NCBI GenBank assembly: GCA_032128375.1
Contig: JAQBGU010000062.1
Span: 1-39,521, forward strand
Direction of reading: 5' to 3'
DNA length: 39,521 nucleotides
Source: Deltaproteobacteria bacterium
GTDB lineage: Bacteria; Myxococcota_A; UBA9160; SMWR01
Shown here: positions 19,409-29,392 of the stretch, in pieces
How the letters are laid out: each line of letters begins with the position of its first letter
Position numbering within the stretch: the first letter of the stretch is position 1
Notes under the pieces: model-generated
What the model was told of the DNA's origin: nothing
The model's database searches: none
Seen by the model: the letters and a program-made list of their open reading frames with translations, nothing else
Made by a program: the position numbers and the translations under genes

Positions 19409-21634
19409 TCAGTCCGCAGTCGGCAGTGACTCGATGAAGGGTTGATCTTCCCGGTACAACGTGAGTCGGCTTTCGAGTTCCCGGACGAATTCGTGTTCCC
19501 CTGCGTCGCGTGCGAGCGCAACGGCGGCGGTCACGTTCCTGCGCGCGTCGTCGAACCGGCCGTTGGCGGCCTGCGCGGCCGCAACAGTGTCCAGGAAAGT
19601 CGGATGCGCTTGTGTGAGGGTTTCGGCGATGCGCAAGGCTTGTTCTGCATCGCGAACCTGAGGGTCTGGGTGAGTGGCGAGTATCCAAGCTAGATTGTTC
19701 GCAGCTACCGGCCAACCAGGACGCAGCCGAAGCGCAGCGCCATAGTGATGTTTCGCCTCGGCTGGCTTGCCGAGCTTCGCGCTGGTGTCGCCGAGGCCTG
19801 CGTGGAGTTCGGCCGTCTCGGCGTCGAGTTCGAGAGCGCGCTCGAGGTGTGTCTGCGCTTCTTGATGGCGCTGTTGGCGAATCAAGACGAACCCGAGATT
19901 CGCGTGTGCATCGGCATACGCCGGCCTGAGCGCGATGGCTTTCAGGTACTGGCGACGCGCGCGCTCCAGCTGCCCATCCTGTGCCAGGGCGCTCGCCAGG
20001 TACGCGTGTACTTCTGGGGTTCGCTGATCTCGATAGAGTTTGATGGCCGATTCGAGTTCGTCGATCGCAGCTTTGGCTTGGCCGTCTTCAACGAGCGCCT
20101 TACCGAGATGCGCGCGCCAGCGTGCGCGCCGCGGGAATCTCTGCAGCGCACGTCGATAGCTTTCTATCGCAAGATCGAACCGGCCCTTTAAGGAGAGCAC
20201 GTCGCCTAATCCGGCGTGAGCTCCGGCCATACCGGGTGAGATCTCCAACGCTCGGGTGTAGTAGGCCTCCGCTTCGTCGATGCGATTCGATTGCACCATC
20301 AGGCCGGCTAGGCCGAGGAGTGCAATCGGGCTCGCGTCGTTCGCGGCCACGGCCTGTTCATACAGACTCAAGCTGTTACGCCAGTGGGCGGCTTGCAGAG
20401 ACGCCGCGATCGAGAGCCCGATTATCGAGCCGACGCCGACTAGCGCCAGCGCCTTGCGTCCAGCCAGTGTGCGACCGAGCAGGTCATGGGCTCCCCACGC
20501 GAGCGCGATGGTCAAGCCGATCTGAGTCAAGTACGTGTACCGATCGGCCCGCGCCTGCAAGCCGACTTGGACGAGTCCGATTACCGGGAGCAGCGCGAGC
20601 AGGTACCACAGCCACCCCACGATCCAGTACGGCCTGGTTCGCGCGATCCGCGCGAACCCCGCCGTCGCGAGGGCGAGGCCCATCGCTTGGGTGGTGGCGA
20701 GCCACCCGGATGCACGACCCATCGGGTGCGGGTAGAAGATGCTGAGGTTTGTGGGCCAGAAACTGTCCGCGATGTAGGCGACATAGGAGTTCAACGCGTT
20801 CATGACGCGCAGTCGAACCGACAACAGATCGCCCCGGAGGACCGCGCCTGCATCGCTTTGCACGGCTACCGTGACAGCACCAATGGCGGCTGCGATGGCG
20901 ACAAGTGGCAATTTTTCGACTATGGCGCGCTTCAATCGAATTGGATCGGGAAGGGCGGTGGCGACTCCTGCCTTCAGTCGCCCGAGTGGCCAGTAGTCGA
21001 GCAGCAACAGCACCAGTGGAAGCATGACGGCCATGGGCTTGGCGAGTAGTCCCAGCACAAAGCAGACGATCACCAGCGAATAGCGTCCGATCGAACCGGA
21101 CGCCGGCCAAGCCCCGGGAGTTTTTGAACGATCGGCTCTTTCGCAGTAATAGACGTAGCTGAGCAGTGTGAGCATCCAGAACACACCGCTCAGCGCGTCC
21201 TTGCGTTCCGTCGCCCATGCGACAGATTCGACGTGAAGGGGATGTACGGCGAAGACCGCTGCGACCCATGCGCTGCGCCAGCGAGACCCCGTCATCCGCC
21301 AGAGCGCGAGGTAGAGCAGGCAAGCCGAGAGCGCGTGGAGCGCGACGTTCTCGAGGTGGTATCCGGTGGGATCGAGTCCGAATAGCGCGTGATCGATCGA
21401 TAGCGAGATCCAGGTAAGCGGAATCCAATTGGTCTCGTAGGGTTCAGAAAACGCCCGCTTGACAGCATCGAAGCTCAGGCCGGCAACCAGGTTCGGGTTG
21501 TCGACGATGTAAATCGGGTCGTCGATATTGACGAAATCGTGATCGTGGACCTGCCCGTAGATTGCGAACGTCAGCGCAATCAGGGCACCGATGATTGCGC
21601 AGTGGCGGAGCCACGTGCGTTCGGCTGGTTGCAT
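19409..21634 (-). CDS. TMTC-like GT-C membrane protein with C-terminal TPR array (putative protein O-mannosyltransferase)
   Basis: DFVNIDDPIYIVDN, WIPLT, VHPLHVESVAWATERKD, LLAKP, ADRYTY, HWRNS..LY, followed by about 7 TPR-like repeats. Confidence 0.88.
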   Translation of the reverse strand: MQPAERTWLRHCAIIGALIALTFAIYGQVHDHDFVNIDDPIYIVDNPNLVAGLSFDAVKRAFSEPYETNWIPLTWISLSIDHALFGLDPTGYHLENVALHALSACLLYLALWRMTGSRWRSAWVAAVFAVHPLHVESVAWATERKDALSGVFWMLTLLSYVYYCERADRSKTPGAWPASGSIGRYSLVIVCFVLGLLAKPMAVMLPLVLLLLDYWPLGRLKAGVATALPDPIRLKRAIVEKLPLVAIAAAIGAVTVAVQSDAGAVLRGDLLSVRLRVMNALNSYVAYIADSFWPTNLSIFYPHPMGRASGWLATTQAMGLALATAGFARIARTRPYWIVGWLWYLLALLPVIGLVQVGLQARADRYTYLTQIGLTIALAWGAHDLLGRTLAGRKALALVGVGSIIGLSIAASLQAAHWRNSLSLYEQAVAANDASPIALLGLAGLMVQSNRIDEAEAYYTRALEISPGMAGAHAGLGDVLSLKGRFDLAIESYRRALQRFPRRARWRAHLGKALVEDGQAKAAIDELESAIKLYRDQRTPEVHAYLASALAQDGQLERARRQYLKAIALRPAYADAHANLGFVLIRQQRHQEAQTHLERALELDAETAELHAGLGDTSAKLGKPAEAKHHYGAALRLRPGWPVAANNLAWILATHPDPQVRDAEQALRIAETLTQAHPTFLDTVAAAQAANGRFDDARRNVTAAVALARDAGEHEFVRELESRLTLYREDQPFIESLPTAD

Positions 21635-24517
21635 CTACAGGTTGGAGCCAAAGGCGCCTGCTTTCGGCGGTAGCGAGGCAGGCAGCTCGGCCCGCAGGTT
21701 GCCCAACAGCCGTTCGGTGGCTTCGAGGCCGTCCCTGCATTCCTGTTCGGCCTCTGGGTTGCGTGCACACGCTTCCCAGATGGCGAGCAAGGCGCCGCGA
21801 TCGAACGGGCTCGCATGGTGATAGAAACGTGAGAATAAGTCGGTGGCCTGCCGAGACTCGGCCGGGCTCACCGTGCGCTCGGCAGCGCGTGACGCGTCGA
21901 ACAGATCCATCAAGCTCTCGATCGTTGCGTCGTTGAGAACGCCGCGGTACTCCGGCCGGAGTCGGCTGTTCTTCAACAGGCGGAGTCCGGCTTCGGAGTC
22001 CGGGTCGCGAGCCAACCATTCGGCGAGCACGACGGAGCATTCCTGGGATCGGTGCTCGCAGGTTTCGGTGGCAAATCGCAGGTGGGCTCGGCGGGTCAAC
22101 TTTCCACCCGTGTGCAGCGCAAACTCTCGAATCAAAGAGGTGCTCGAGCCGAGCTCGGCATGCTGGTGAGCCCGAGAGGGCAGGCCGCCGGAACCACCTC
22201 GGAAGAACGCGCGCGCGGCTTGATCGCTCAGAATCGGGTGCAACAAGGTGTGCACCTGTTCGCTGAGTTCCAATGTATGCAGTACGCCGCGTGGGACCAG
22301 TTCGTGAGCCAACAGCTCCGGCAGGTTGTCGATTCCGCAGCGCGCCAACCCTTCGGCGATGTCAGGTCTGCGGGCGCGATTTGCGATGCGATCGAGTCCA
22401 GCCGTTTCGCCATCCCCAGCGAAGCCGATCAGCAGGTAGTCGCTGCCGAGTGCGTTCCAGACAGCCACCGAATCGAATACCGATTCGTAGGTACTCAATA
22501 TGGTTGAAACCGTCTGGTCATCCGTTTCATAGATGTGAAACCACTGGACGTACACACCACCCGGATTGAGCCGATTGCGTGCGGCTTCGAGGAATTCCCG
22601 GCTGTACAGCATCTCGATTCCGGTCCCCCACGGGTTGCTGGGCTCGGATAGGATGATGTCGAAGGTGTTTCGGCTGCGCAGGAGTGCTCGGTAGGCATCG
22701 GTACGGACGATCGTCACCTTGGGGTTTGTGGAGGCTTGCAAATTGTACGGATCGAAAAGGGGTGCTGCTTCTATCACGCCGCGTGAGATCTCTGCGACGA
22801 CGACTTCCTCAATGGAATCGATAGCGGCCAACTCGCCGACCGAGACACCTGTCCCGTAACCGATTACGAAGGCCCGTTCGACGCGTTCGGCGAGCAGCGC
22901 AGGAAGCAAGGCACCCATGGCCATCGTGACGTAATCGATCCGGATCGAGCCGTCGGGCTTTCCATTGGTGACGATCGCGAGCGAACGCGTGCTTTCGAAC
23001 GGGTGATCGATCACGGCTACGGATACGGCCGGGTCATCGTCGAAAAATCGCACTTCGATTTCTTCGAGCTGCTCGAAGAAGGCATCCGAACCGGCAAACG
23101 TCGTTTCCAGCGGCTTGCGATGTCGGAATGTCCCTGAGTACAAGCGCTTCGGATCCCACGAGGGCAATGACAACAGCGACACTACGGCCGGTACGATCAG
23201 TGCCGCTGCCCAGACGCGCCGACGAGCCGGCAAGATCAGCAGCGAAACCGCGACAGCGGCCGCAGCCAGAGAGGCCACCGCAACCCGATAGATCGCATCG
23301 AGGTTCAGCCAGTAGAAGAGCAGATAGCCGCCCAACAGCGCTCCCAGTAGAGAGCCCGCGGTACTCCAGCTGTACAAGCGGCCGGCCACGGCGCCCAGAT
23401 CGCCGACGTGGCCCCGAAGATGATGAAAGAGCAGCGGAAGCACGGCTCCAGACAGCATCACCGGTATGCCGAGAACCGCCAGCAGGCTGGCGAAAACGTT
23501 CGCATAGTATGGATAAAATGCAGCAGGGTGATCGCGGAACAAGCTGCGAAGCACATGAGCCCAATAGGGACCATCGCCCAGAAACGGATACAGCAGTGTC
23601 AAGAGCGCCACGAGCATCCAGAGGTTCGCAACGATGACTACCGGCGGAATTCTGCGCAGGGCTGACACCGTGATGCTTCCGAGCGCAATGCACAGCACGA
23701 ACACCGCGACCACCATTGCGAATGTGAAATGCGAGGAGCCGAGCGAGAGTCCCCCGAGCCGAATGAACACGGTCTGGATGGTCATCATTCCAAAACCGAC
23801 CAACAAGGCCACCAGCGCGTAGATTCCGAAGCGATCGATGGAGGCAGGCTGGGGGCTGGCTTCGACTAACGGGCTGTGCGCGGCGCGGCGCAACCCCAGC
23901 GCGACGAAGCTGGCGCCGGCGAACACGTTGAGCCAACCCACGGTTTCGAGCACTCCGATCAGCCCCAAGGTCGGGATCAGCCAGAAACCAGCAGCCAGAG
24001 CGCCAATGAACGCGCCCAGCGTATTCAGGGCATACACCAACGCGTGGAAGCGGGTGGCATCGCTCAGATCGCGCGCTAGCGCCTGGGTGAGGATCGGAAT
24101 CGTTCCGCCCATCAACACCGATGGAGGCCCTATCAACAATGCCGCCAGAAGCACGTCGAAAAGGAACGCGAACGCCGAGCCGTCGGCCGGCAACCAGCCT
24201 GAGATGCTTTGAGCAACCGAAAACAGCGCGGGGAATGCAAACGCGTAGAACCCGATCGACGCTTCGACGATCCCGTAGGCGAGCAGCAAGCGGGGCGGTC
24301 GGCCGGAGCTGGCAGCCGCGACGTAGAGCCGCCGTGTCAGCGAGCCGAACAGCAGGTAGCCCAGTGAGAGCCCGCCCAGGAAGATCGCGAGGACTGCCGC
24401 AGTCGCTTCGCCATGCGAGCCGAGCAGAGTCGCCAGGTATTTTTGCCAGGTGATCTCGTAGACGAGCCCGCTTGCGCCCGTCACGATAGTCAGCACCAGT
24501 GCGAGCGCGCGGACCAT
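21635..24517 (-). CDS. Fused multi-TM / spermidine-synthase-like SAM-binding protein
   Basis: TGASGLVYEITW, LMGGTIP, YALNTLGA, about 13 TM helices, then NGKPDGS, VIGYGTGVS, EIS, DIILSEPSNPW and LYSREF. Confidence 0.88.
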   Translation of the reverse strand: MVRALALVLTIVTGASGLVYEITWQKYLATLLGSHGEATAAVLAIFLGGLSLGYLLFGSLTRRLYVAAASSGRPPRLLLAYGIVEASIGFYAFAFPALFSVAQSISGWLPADGSAFAFLFDVLLAALLIGPPSVLMGGTIPILTQALARDLSDATRFHALVYALNTLGAFIGALAAGFWLIPTLGLIGVLETVGWLNVFAGASFVALGLRRAAHSPLVEASPQPASIDRFGIYALVALLVGFGMMTIQTVFIRLGGLSLGSSHFTFAMVVAVFVLCIALGSITVSALRRIPPVVIVANLWMLVALLTLLYPFLGDGPYWAHVLRSLFRDHPAAFYPYYANVFASLLAVLGIPVMLSGAVLPLLFHHLRGHVGDLGAVAGRLYSWSTAGSLLGALLGGYLLFYWLNLDAIYRVAVASLAAAAVAVSLLILPARRRVWAAALIVPAVVSLLSLPSWDPKRLYSGTFRHRKPLETTFAGSDAFFEQLEEIEVRFFDDDPAVSVAVIDHPFESTRSLAIVTNGKPDGSIRIDYVTMAMGALLPALLAERVERAFVIGYGTGVSVGELAAIDSIEEVVVAEISRGVIEAAPLFDPYNLQASTNPKVTIVRTDAYRALLRSRNTFDIILSEPSNPWGTGIEMLYSREFLEAARNRLNPGGVYVQWFHIYETDDQTVSTILSTYESVFDSVAVWNALGSDYLLIGFAGDGETAGLDRIANRARRPDIAEGLARCGIDNLPELLAHELVPRGVLHTLELSEQVHTLLHPILSDQAARAFFRGGSGGLPSRAHQHAELGSSTSLIREFALHTGGKLTRRAHLRFATETCEHRSQECSVVLAEWLARDPDSEAGLRLLKNSRLRPEYRGVLNDATIESLMDLFDASRAAERTVSPAESRQATDLFSRFYHHASPFDRGALLAIWEACARNPEAEQECRDGLEATERLLGNLRAELPASLPPKAGAFGSNL

Positions 24518-24664
24518 TTGGCAACAGCTCCCGGGGGTGATAGACCGATACTGCCTGAACCGGCGACGAGTTGGAAGCCCTGATTGGCCTACGCTCTGGC
24601 AGCCACTGGGTCTACCCGCGCGGTCGAGAGGCCGAGGCGCTAGAGTCCTTGACCAAGGTTTACG

Positions 24665-24680
24665 TTGACAAATGCGTCAA
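24665..24680. promoter_or_regulatory. TTGAC-N6-GTCAA inverted repeat containing a perfect TTGACA
   Basis: ttgacaaatgcgtcaa, next to ccttg-ac-caagg (24647-24658). Lies in the divergent intergenic region at the start of the mosaic segment. Confidence 0.4.
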
Positions 24681-24946
24681 GTTTGGGTCGATTCCGGATC
24701 GAGAGCAAACTTCTACGCTCCCTCGATCGAAGAATTCAAGAGGGTCGCTATCAGGGGGAATGGAACGGCTCTTGGACAACAGTTGGCTTGGTTGGCCGAA
24801 GTCCCGCACGTGTCGGGAACTTTCAATCTCCGCCGGGGCAGAGTAATTCGTGAGTTGCCACGCCGTGAAGCGTTTGCCGATCGCTCTCCACCTTCTTGTC
24901 GGGAACAGCGTAACATGCCTCGTCGGTCTGAGGCGCAGCCTCGCTA

Positions 24947-25186
24947 GTGCTAGCGAGCGTCTGCCAAGCCGCGAGCCAGCTCGGGCTTGCTCCGCGAGTA
25001 ATGCGCGCTGCTGTCGGTGCTGGCAAGCTTCGCGCCTATCGGCCTGGAACTCGGACAGTGTACGTGCGGTGGTCTGAAGTACTCCATTGGCTCCGAACGC
25101 ATTGTGTCGCCTCAACCGGCCACGCTCGCGATCCCGAACCGGAGTTAATGGCGACGAACCACGAAAGAACACCGGCAGAAGTCTAG
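24947..25186 (+). CDS. Excisionase-like helix-turn-helix protein, possibly frameshifted from ATG 24915
   Basis: SVCQAASQLGLAPRVMRAAVGAGKLRAYRPGTRTVYVRWSEVLHWL fits the HTH_17/Xis pattern (helix-turn-helix, G.L.A.R.G, wing). Confidence 0.6.
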   Translation: MLASVCQAASQLGLAPRVMRAAVGAGKLRAYRPGTRTVYVRWSEVLHWLRTHCVASTGHARDPEPELMATNHERTPAEV

Positions 25187-25287
25187 TTCGCACTCACATC
25201 CTCTCGGCGCTCGATGCAATCGGCTGCTCGTTCGAAGGACCCGTTCGGATTGGAGTCGCTGATAGGTGAAAGAAGCTGCGTTTCAGC

Positions 25288-26233
25288 GTGCCCAGCCAGG
25301 TAGCGGGTGGCAAGGCGCCGGAATTCGCGGGCGTTTTGCCCGATCCGTGCGTGGCAGAGCGCCGGCTGTTCCCGGAGGCTCACCCTTTGCAGCGTTCGTA
25401 CCTCTTTGGCGACATTCCGCTTCTCATGCTGCGCGAAATTCACCGAGCGGAAGGCGCTGCAGCTGTAGAAACGATTTTCGATCGCCTCGAAGGTGCCTTG
25501 GCGGGGCCGGTGTCGGAGCTCATGTGGGGTGTGCCGGGCCAGATGATCGCCGCGTTGCACATGCACACACGAACCGCAGGGGAACGCTGGATCGATCTCT
25601 ATCGGAGACAGGCCGAACGTATGTTGGATGCGGCGCAAGAGGTCGAAGGTGGGCGCCCGGCACACTGGATTGGGATCCGTGCACGGCTTCGCGGGCACCG
25701 CCTCGGCGCTGCTTGCTGGCTTGGATCATCTCCCCAACGAAATCCGCCGGACCCTGCCCGACCGGATCGTCAACACCTTGCTCACGACGATCACGCGTCG
25801 AGACGGCCGCGCCAACTGGCCACGATCGACCCAGGCCGCGCCGTGGCGGCTCTACCATTGCCACGGTGCTCGGGGCATCATCAACTCGCTGGCCAAGTTG
25901 CCGCGTGACACATCGGACGAGTTGGAAGCCGCGCTGACCGATGCCGGCGAGGTCGTTCACGAGGCGGGCCCGCTGCGAAAAGGTTCCAACCTCTGCCATG
26001 GCACGTCGGGCAATGGATTTGCGTTCTTGAAGCTCTACGAGCGAACCGGCGAAAAAATTTGGCTCGAACGAGCGAGGGCCTTCGCGATGCATGCGCGGTG
26101 GCAGGTGGAAGCCAGCCGCGAGGTTTTCAGTCCGCCGCGCCACACGCATTGGACCGGTGACATCGGGGTGGCTGTATTTCTCCATGAGTGCATCGATGCC
26201 AAGGCGCGTTTTCCCATGTTCGATTCATTCTGA
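25288..26233 (+). pseudogene. LanC-like (LanCL) protein, 5'-truncated and frameshifted near 25655
   Basis: Frame A: SYLFGD..ELMWGVPG..ERW. Frame B: LGSVHGFAG, HCHGARG, GPLRKGSNLCHGTSGNGFAFLKLYERTG..WLERARAFAMH. Confidence 0.8.
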
Positions 26234-26520
26234 GATCACAGCCCCGGCCGTTGCCCTTCGCGGCCGATGCAAAACCGCTGGACGACTCGCAAGTGGTCAA
26301 CAGGAGAGCTGAACATCACCGAACCCCGTCGAACGGATATCCAGATTGATGGACCGCTTGCGAATTCTTGACCTGGGTTGAAGATCGCCGTCGGCAAATC
26401 AGATGCGGCCTTGCGAGCCGTCAGCCGATCTTGGACCCACTGAACAGATGATCTAAGTGAGGGTTCCAGGTCTCAGGATATCATGGGTACCTTTTCACGA
26501 TCCGCCGTGGAGGAACGTTC

Positions 26521-26820
26521 GTGCGGAACCGCGTTGGTCACACAGTGGAGCTTCTGGTTGGCATCTCGTGCCTGAGCATGCTGTTGCCGGCTTGGGCCCA
26601 GGCCTGGGACAAGAGCGTGGCGCCGGGTCTGCTGGAGAGCCGGATCGCAGCGGCGCAGGGCTCCAGTGAACTGGATGAGGCTCGCAACGCCCGTCTGGTC
26701 TATCTCTACCGGCAGTCCGTCAGCAATCTGGAAGGCGGCCGGGGCTATCGGGATGCAACCGACGAGTACCGGCAGGCTTGGAGCAGCGCGCCAGGAGAGA
26801 CTGAGCCGTTTCGTGCGAAG
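26521..26820 (+). pseudogene. N-terminal remnant of an MscK/KefA-type channel
   Basis: Signal peptide followed by LESRIAAAQGSSELDEARNARLVYLYRQSVSNLE..YRQAWSSAPGETE, resembling MscK N-termini. No channel domain follows. Confidence 0.5.
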
Positions 26821-26882
26821 AGGGGTCGTCGATTCTGGTTCACGAGTTCGAGGTGGGACCAGAGAGCGAGGCGGGTCCATAG

Positions 26883-28196
26883 GTGATCAAGCGGGCAGTC
26901 TTCTGGGCGATCCTGTTCGGGGCCACGCTTGGCGCCATCGAGTGGGCGGCGCGCTGGGCCTACGGCATGGCTTCCGAGTCGACCTTTGATGCCAGCGTGA
27001 TCGATGCGGCGCAGCGCGAGCTGCAAGCCGAAATCGGCCCGAGCCGCCGAGATAGCCTGCTCGGCGGATTGGAGGTCATTCATCCGTATCTCGGTTTCGT
27101 CGGGAACCCGATTGCGCGCAGCAAGCTCAGCGACGGACTGCACCAAAACGAGATCACCGAATATGGACTCAATGACGACAAATCACCGATCCAGCGCGCA
27201 TCCGAGGATCGACTGATCGTCGGGATTTTCGGGGGCTCAGTCGCTCACTACATGTCGACTCAGGGCGTGCAGGCACTCGAAGCGGAATTGGGTCGCGCGC
27301 AGCGATTCGCCGGACGCCAAGCGGTATTTGTGCGCGTGGCACTCGCGGGTTGGAAGCAACCCCAGCAGTTGATGGCATTGAACTACTTGCTGATGCTCGG
27401 CGCCCACTTCGATGTTCTGATCAACTTGGATGGCTTCAATGAGATCGCGTTGCCGGCGGTCGAGAGCCAGCCAAAGGGAGTCTTCCCATTCTTTCCGCGC
27501 GGCTGGTATGGCCGGACACAGGGTGCCTCGGATCAAAACGTGCGCGCGGCCATAGGCAAGATCACCTACCTGCGAGAAGAAAGGTCACGTTGGGCGGCCC
27601 GGTTCGTCGACGCCGGTTCCGATCGCTCTGCGAGGTGGGCGCAAACGGGCCTGGCCGCCTGGCTGTGGCGAGCACGAGACGCGGACCTCGCCGCCGCGCT
27701 AGCCGATGCCCGCCTGCAATTGCTCGAATCCCGCGCGAGTGACACCCGATACGTCGCGGCCGGCCCGCCGTACGATTACGCGGACGAAACCCTGTTCAGC
27801 GACCTGGCAGATGGCTGGGCGCGAAGTTCCCTTCTAATGCACCAACTCTGCGAAGCGAACGGCATCGAGTACTACCACTTCTTGCAGCCCAACCAATACG
27901 TGCCCGGATCAAAGCCGCTCCACGAAGAGGAGCGACACCGGGCGTGGTCGGAGACTTCGATGTATCGAAATGCCGTCGAGCGAGGCTACCCCCAGCTGGT
28001 CGAGAAGGGGCGCGAACTGCGGGAGCGGGGCGTCGCGTACACCGACCTCACACGGATTTTCAGCGACAACAACTCGCCGCTTTACATCGACCCCTGCTGC
28101 CATCTCAACCCGGATGGAAGCCAGCTGCTGGGCGAACGGATCGGGCAGATCGTTTCGAGTTCGTCCGCGGCAACCCGAGCACCCATCAAGCGCTGA
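26883..28196 (+). CDS. Membrane-anchored SGNH-hydrolase-like protein
   Basis: N-terminal TM, block I-like GIFGGSVA, ALAGWKQPQQ, block III LDGFNE, FLQPNQY, block V YIDPCCHLN. Confidence 0.7.
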   Translation: MIKRAVFWAILFGATLGAIEWAARWAYGMASESTFDASVIDAAQRELQAEIGPSRRDSLLGGLEVIHPYLGFVGNPIARSKLSDGLHQNEITEYGLNDDKSPIQRASEDRLIVGIFGGSVAHYMSTQGVQALEAELGRAQRFAGRQAVFVRVALAGWKQPQQLMALNYLLMLGAHFDVLINLDGFNEIALPAVESQPKGVFPFFPRGWYGRTQGASDQNVRAAIGKITYLREERSRWAARFVDAGSDRSARWAQTGLAAWLWRARDADLAAALADARLQLLESRASDTRYVAAGPPYDYADETLFSDLADGWARSSLLMHQLCEANGIEYYHFLQPNQYVPGSKPLHEEERHRAWSETSMYRNAVERGYPQLVEKGRELRERGVAYTDLTRIFSDNNSPLYIDPCCHLNPDGSQLLGERIGQIVSSSSAATRAPIKR

Positions 28197-28407
28197 AACC
28201 GGTCACGCGGTCGATCGCGACCGTCGTGAGCCGTGCTACCCGAGCCCCGTCTCTTTCGCGCTAGCTCGCCGCGCGCGAAACCCCTTTCGCGCGTACGGCC
28301 ATGGCGCGGAAATGGCGAGATGCCTACGTGTCGCGCGTGCGTTGCCCGGTTCGCAGAAGCAAACATCCCAGGGCGGCGAGGCAACCCGCGAGTACGATCA
28401 AGCTTGG

Positions 28408-29131
28408 CAATCCACTCCGTCGCACGAAGGGACGTACTTGCCCGCGTCGAGCGAGAGAATGCCGAGCTCGTCCTCGAGGTACTTGAGTGACGGTGCCGAA
28501 AGGATCGGCTCGAGAAGCTGCAGCAGCTCATTGGGGCTGATCTGAGTAACGAGAAAGCTGGAGAAGAACTCGGGAAGGAAGCGCTTGCCCGCGCTGGCGA
28601 GCGAGGTTCCAAAGGAAGACGATCCGCGAGGGGCAGCATCCGGAGGTCGACTGTGACTTTCGCGGGCTCCCGGGCATCGAGGAGTAGAAAATCATCTACG
28701 CGCTGGCTATCGCTGAAATAGGCCATCCAGGGGAAGGCCCGGCCGTCGAGCTTGGGGCGCGAGGGCTCGCTCAGGAGATACTTGAGCGCATCTTGGACGT
28801 GCCCGATGAGATCTTCGCGACCCACCGGGATGTTGCGGCGATCGTTCTCACACTCTTCCCCCGCTCGAAGACTGGATCTTGTATCCCTGCTTCTCCGAGT
28901 AGGCGAGCAGGTTGGCGCGGCGCAGCTCCTCGAGTGCGGCGGAAACCTGCTCCTCCTGCTGGCCACGGCCGAGCTGATCGAACAAGCAGCGGGCCACGAG
29001 ATTCGCGTCCGTGGGCACGGCCGCCTGGATCAGCTCGAGGAGCGCGACCGCCTTGGCGGCCCTCGCTGCAAGCGGCTGGTCCTTGCTGGCGCAGTGATTG
29101 AGCACTCGGACGAGGGTGTTCTGCACGTCCC
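28408..29131 (-). pseudogene. Internal remnant of a BREX BrxC/PglY-like P-loop ATPase gene, in three pieces
   Basis: DVQNTLVRVLNHC..KAVALLELIQ..LEELRRANLLAYSEKQGYKIQSS; frameshift near 28863; AGEE.ENDRRNI..VQDALKYLL; frame break near 28620; SFGTSL..ELLQLLEP.LSAPS.KYLEDELGIL.LDAGKYVPSC. Family assignment is from memory of BrxC-like proteins. Confidence 0.55.
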
Positions 29132-29205
29132 CGCGGAATCGCGGAGTGTTCTCGGACCGTTCCCGAGTGCATGCGGGGAAGTCTCTACGACAGCGGTTGG
29201 GGGCG

Positions 29206-29243
29206 GTCTGGTGCGAACTCGTCTCTGGGCGCAAATCCCTGAT
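29206..29243. repeat. Direct repeat copy 1 (att-like)
   Basis: gtctggtgcgaactcgtctctggg-N4-aatccctgat; 34 of 38 positions identical to 30509-30546. Confidence 0.9.
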
Positions 29244-29260
29244 GCTCGACCTGTGCGGCG

Positions 29261-29338
29261 TTTTTGGCCGACGGGATCGCCGGGGACTTGATTACGCGCC
29301 TGTCGACCTCGCGGGCCTTCCCGGTGATCGCGCGCAGC
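29261..29338 (+). pseudogene. 26-codon scrap of the TolB-like domain of adenylate-cyclase/TPR proteins
   Basis: FLADGIAGDLITRLSTSRAFPVIARS matches the pattern (Y)FADG..EDLIT.LS....VIARNS. Confidence 0.6.
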
Positions 29339-29392
29339 AGGATGTACCGGAGACGATCTCGGCGTCTGGAGCTCTGCCCGGCCTTGGGCGTA

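Noticed and set aside
23034..24524. 496-aa alternative-frame ORF and similar Arg/Pro-rich overlapping ORFs (e.g. 3760-4806, 6397-7410, 32338-33300)
   Set aside because: They overlap well-supported genes, have no recognisable motifs and show off-frame composition.
25288..26233. Lanthipeptide biosynthetic cluster
   Set aside because: The LanC-like gene is truncated and frameshifted, with no LanB/LanM, precursor or transporter nearby.
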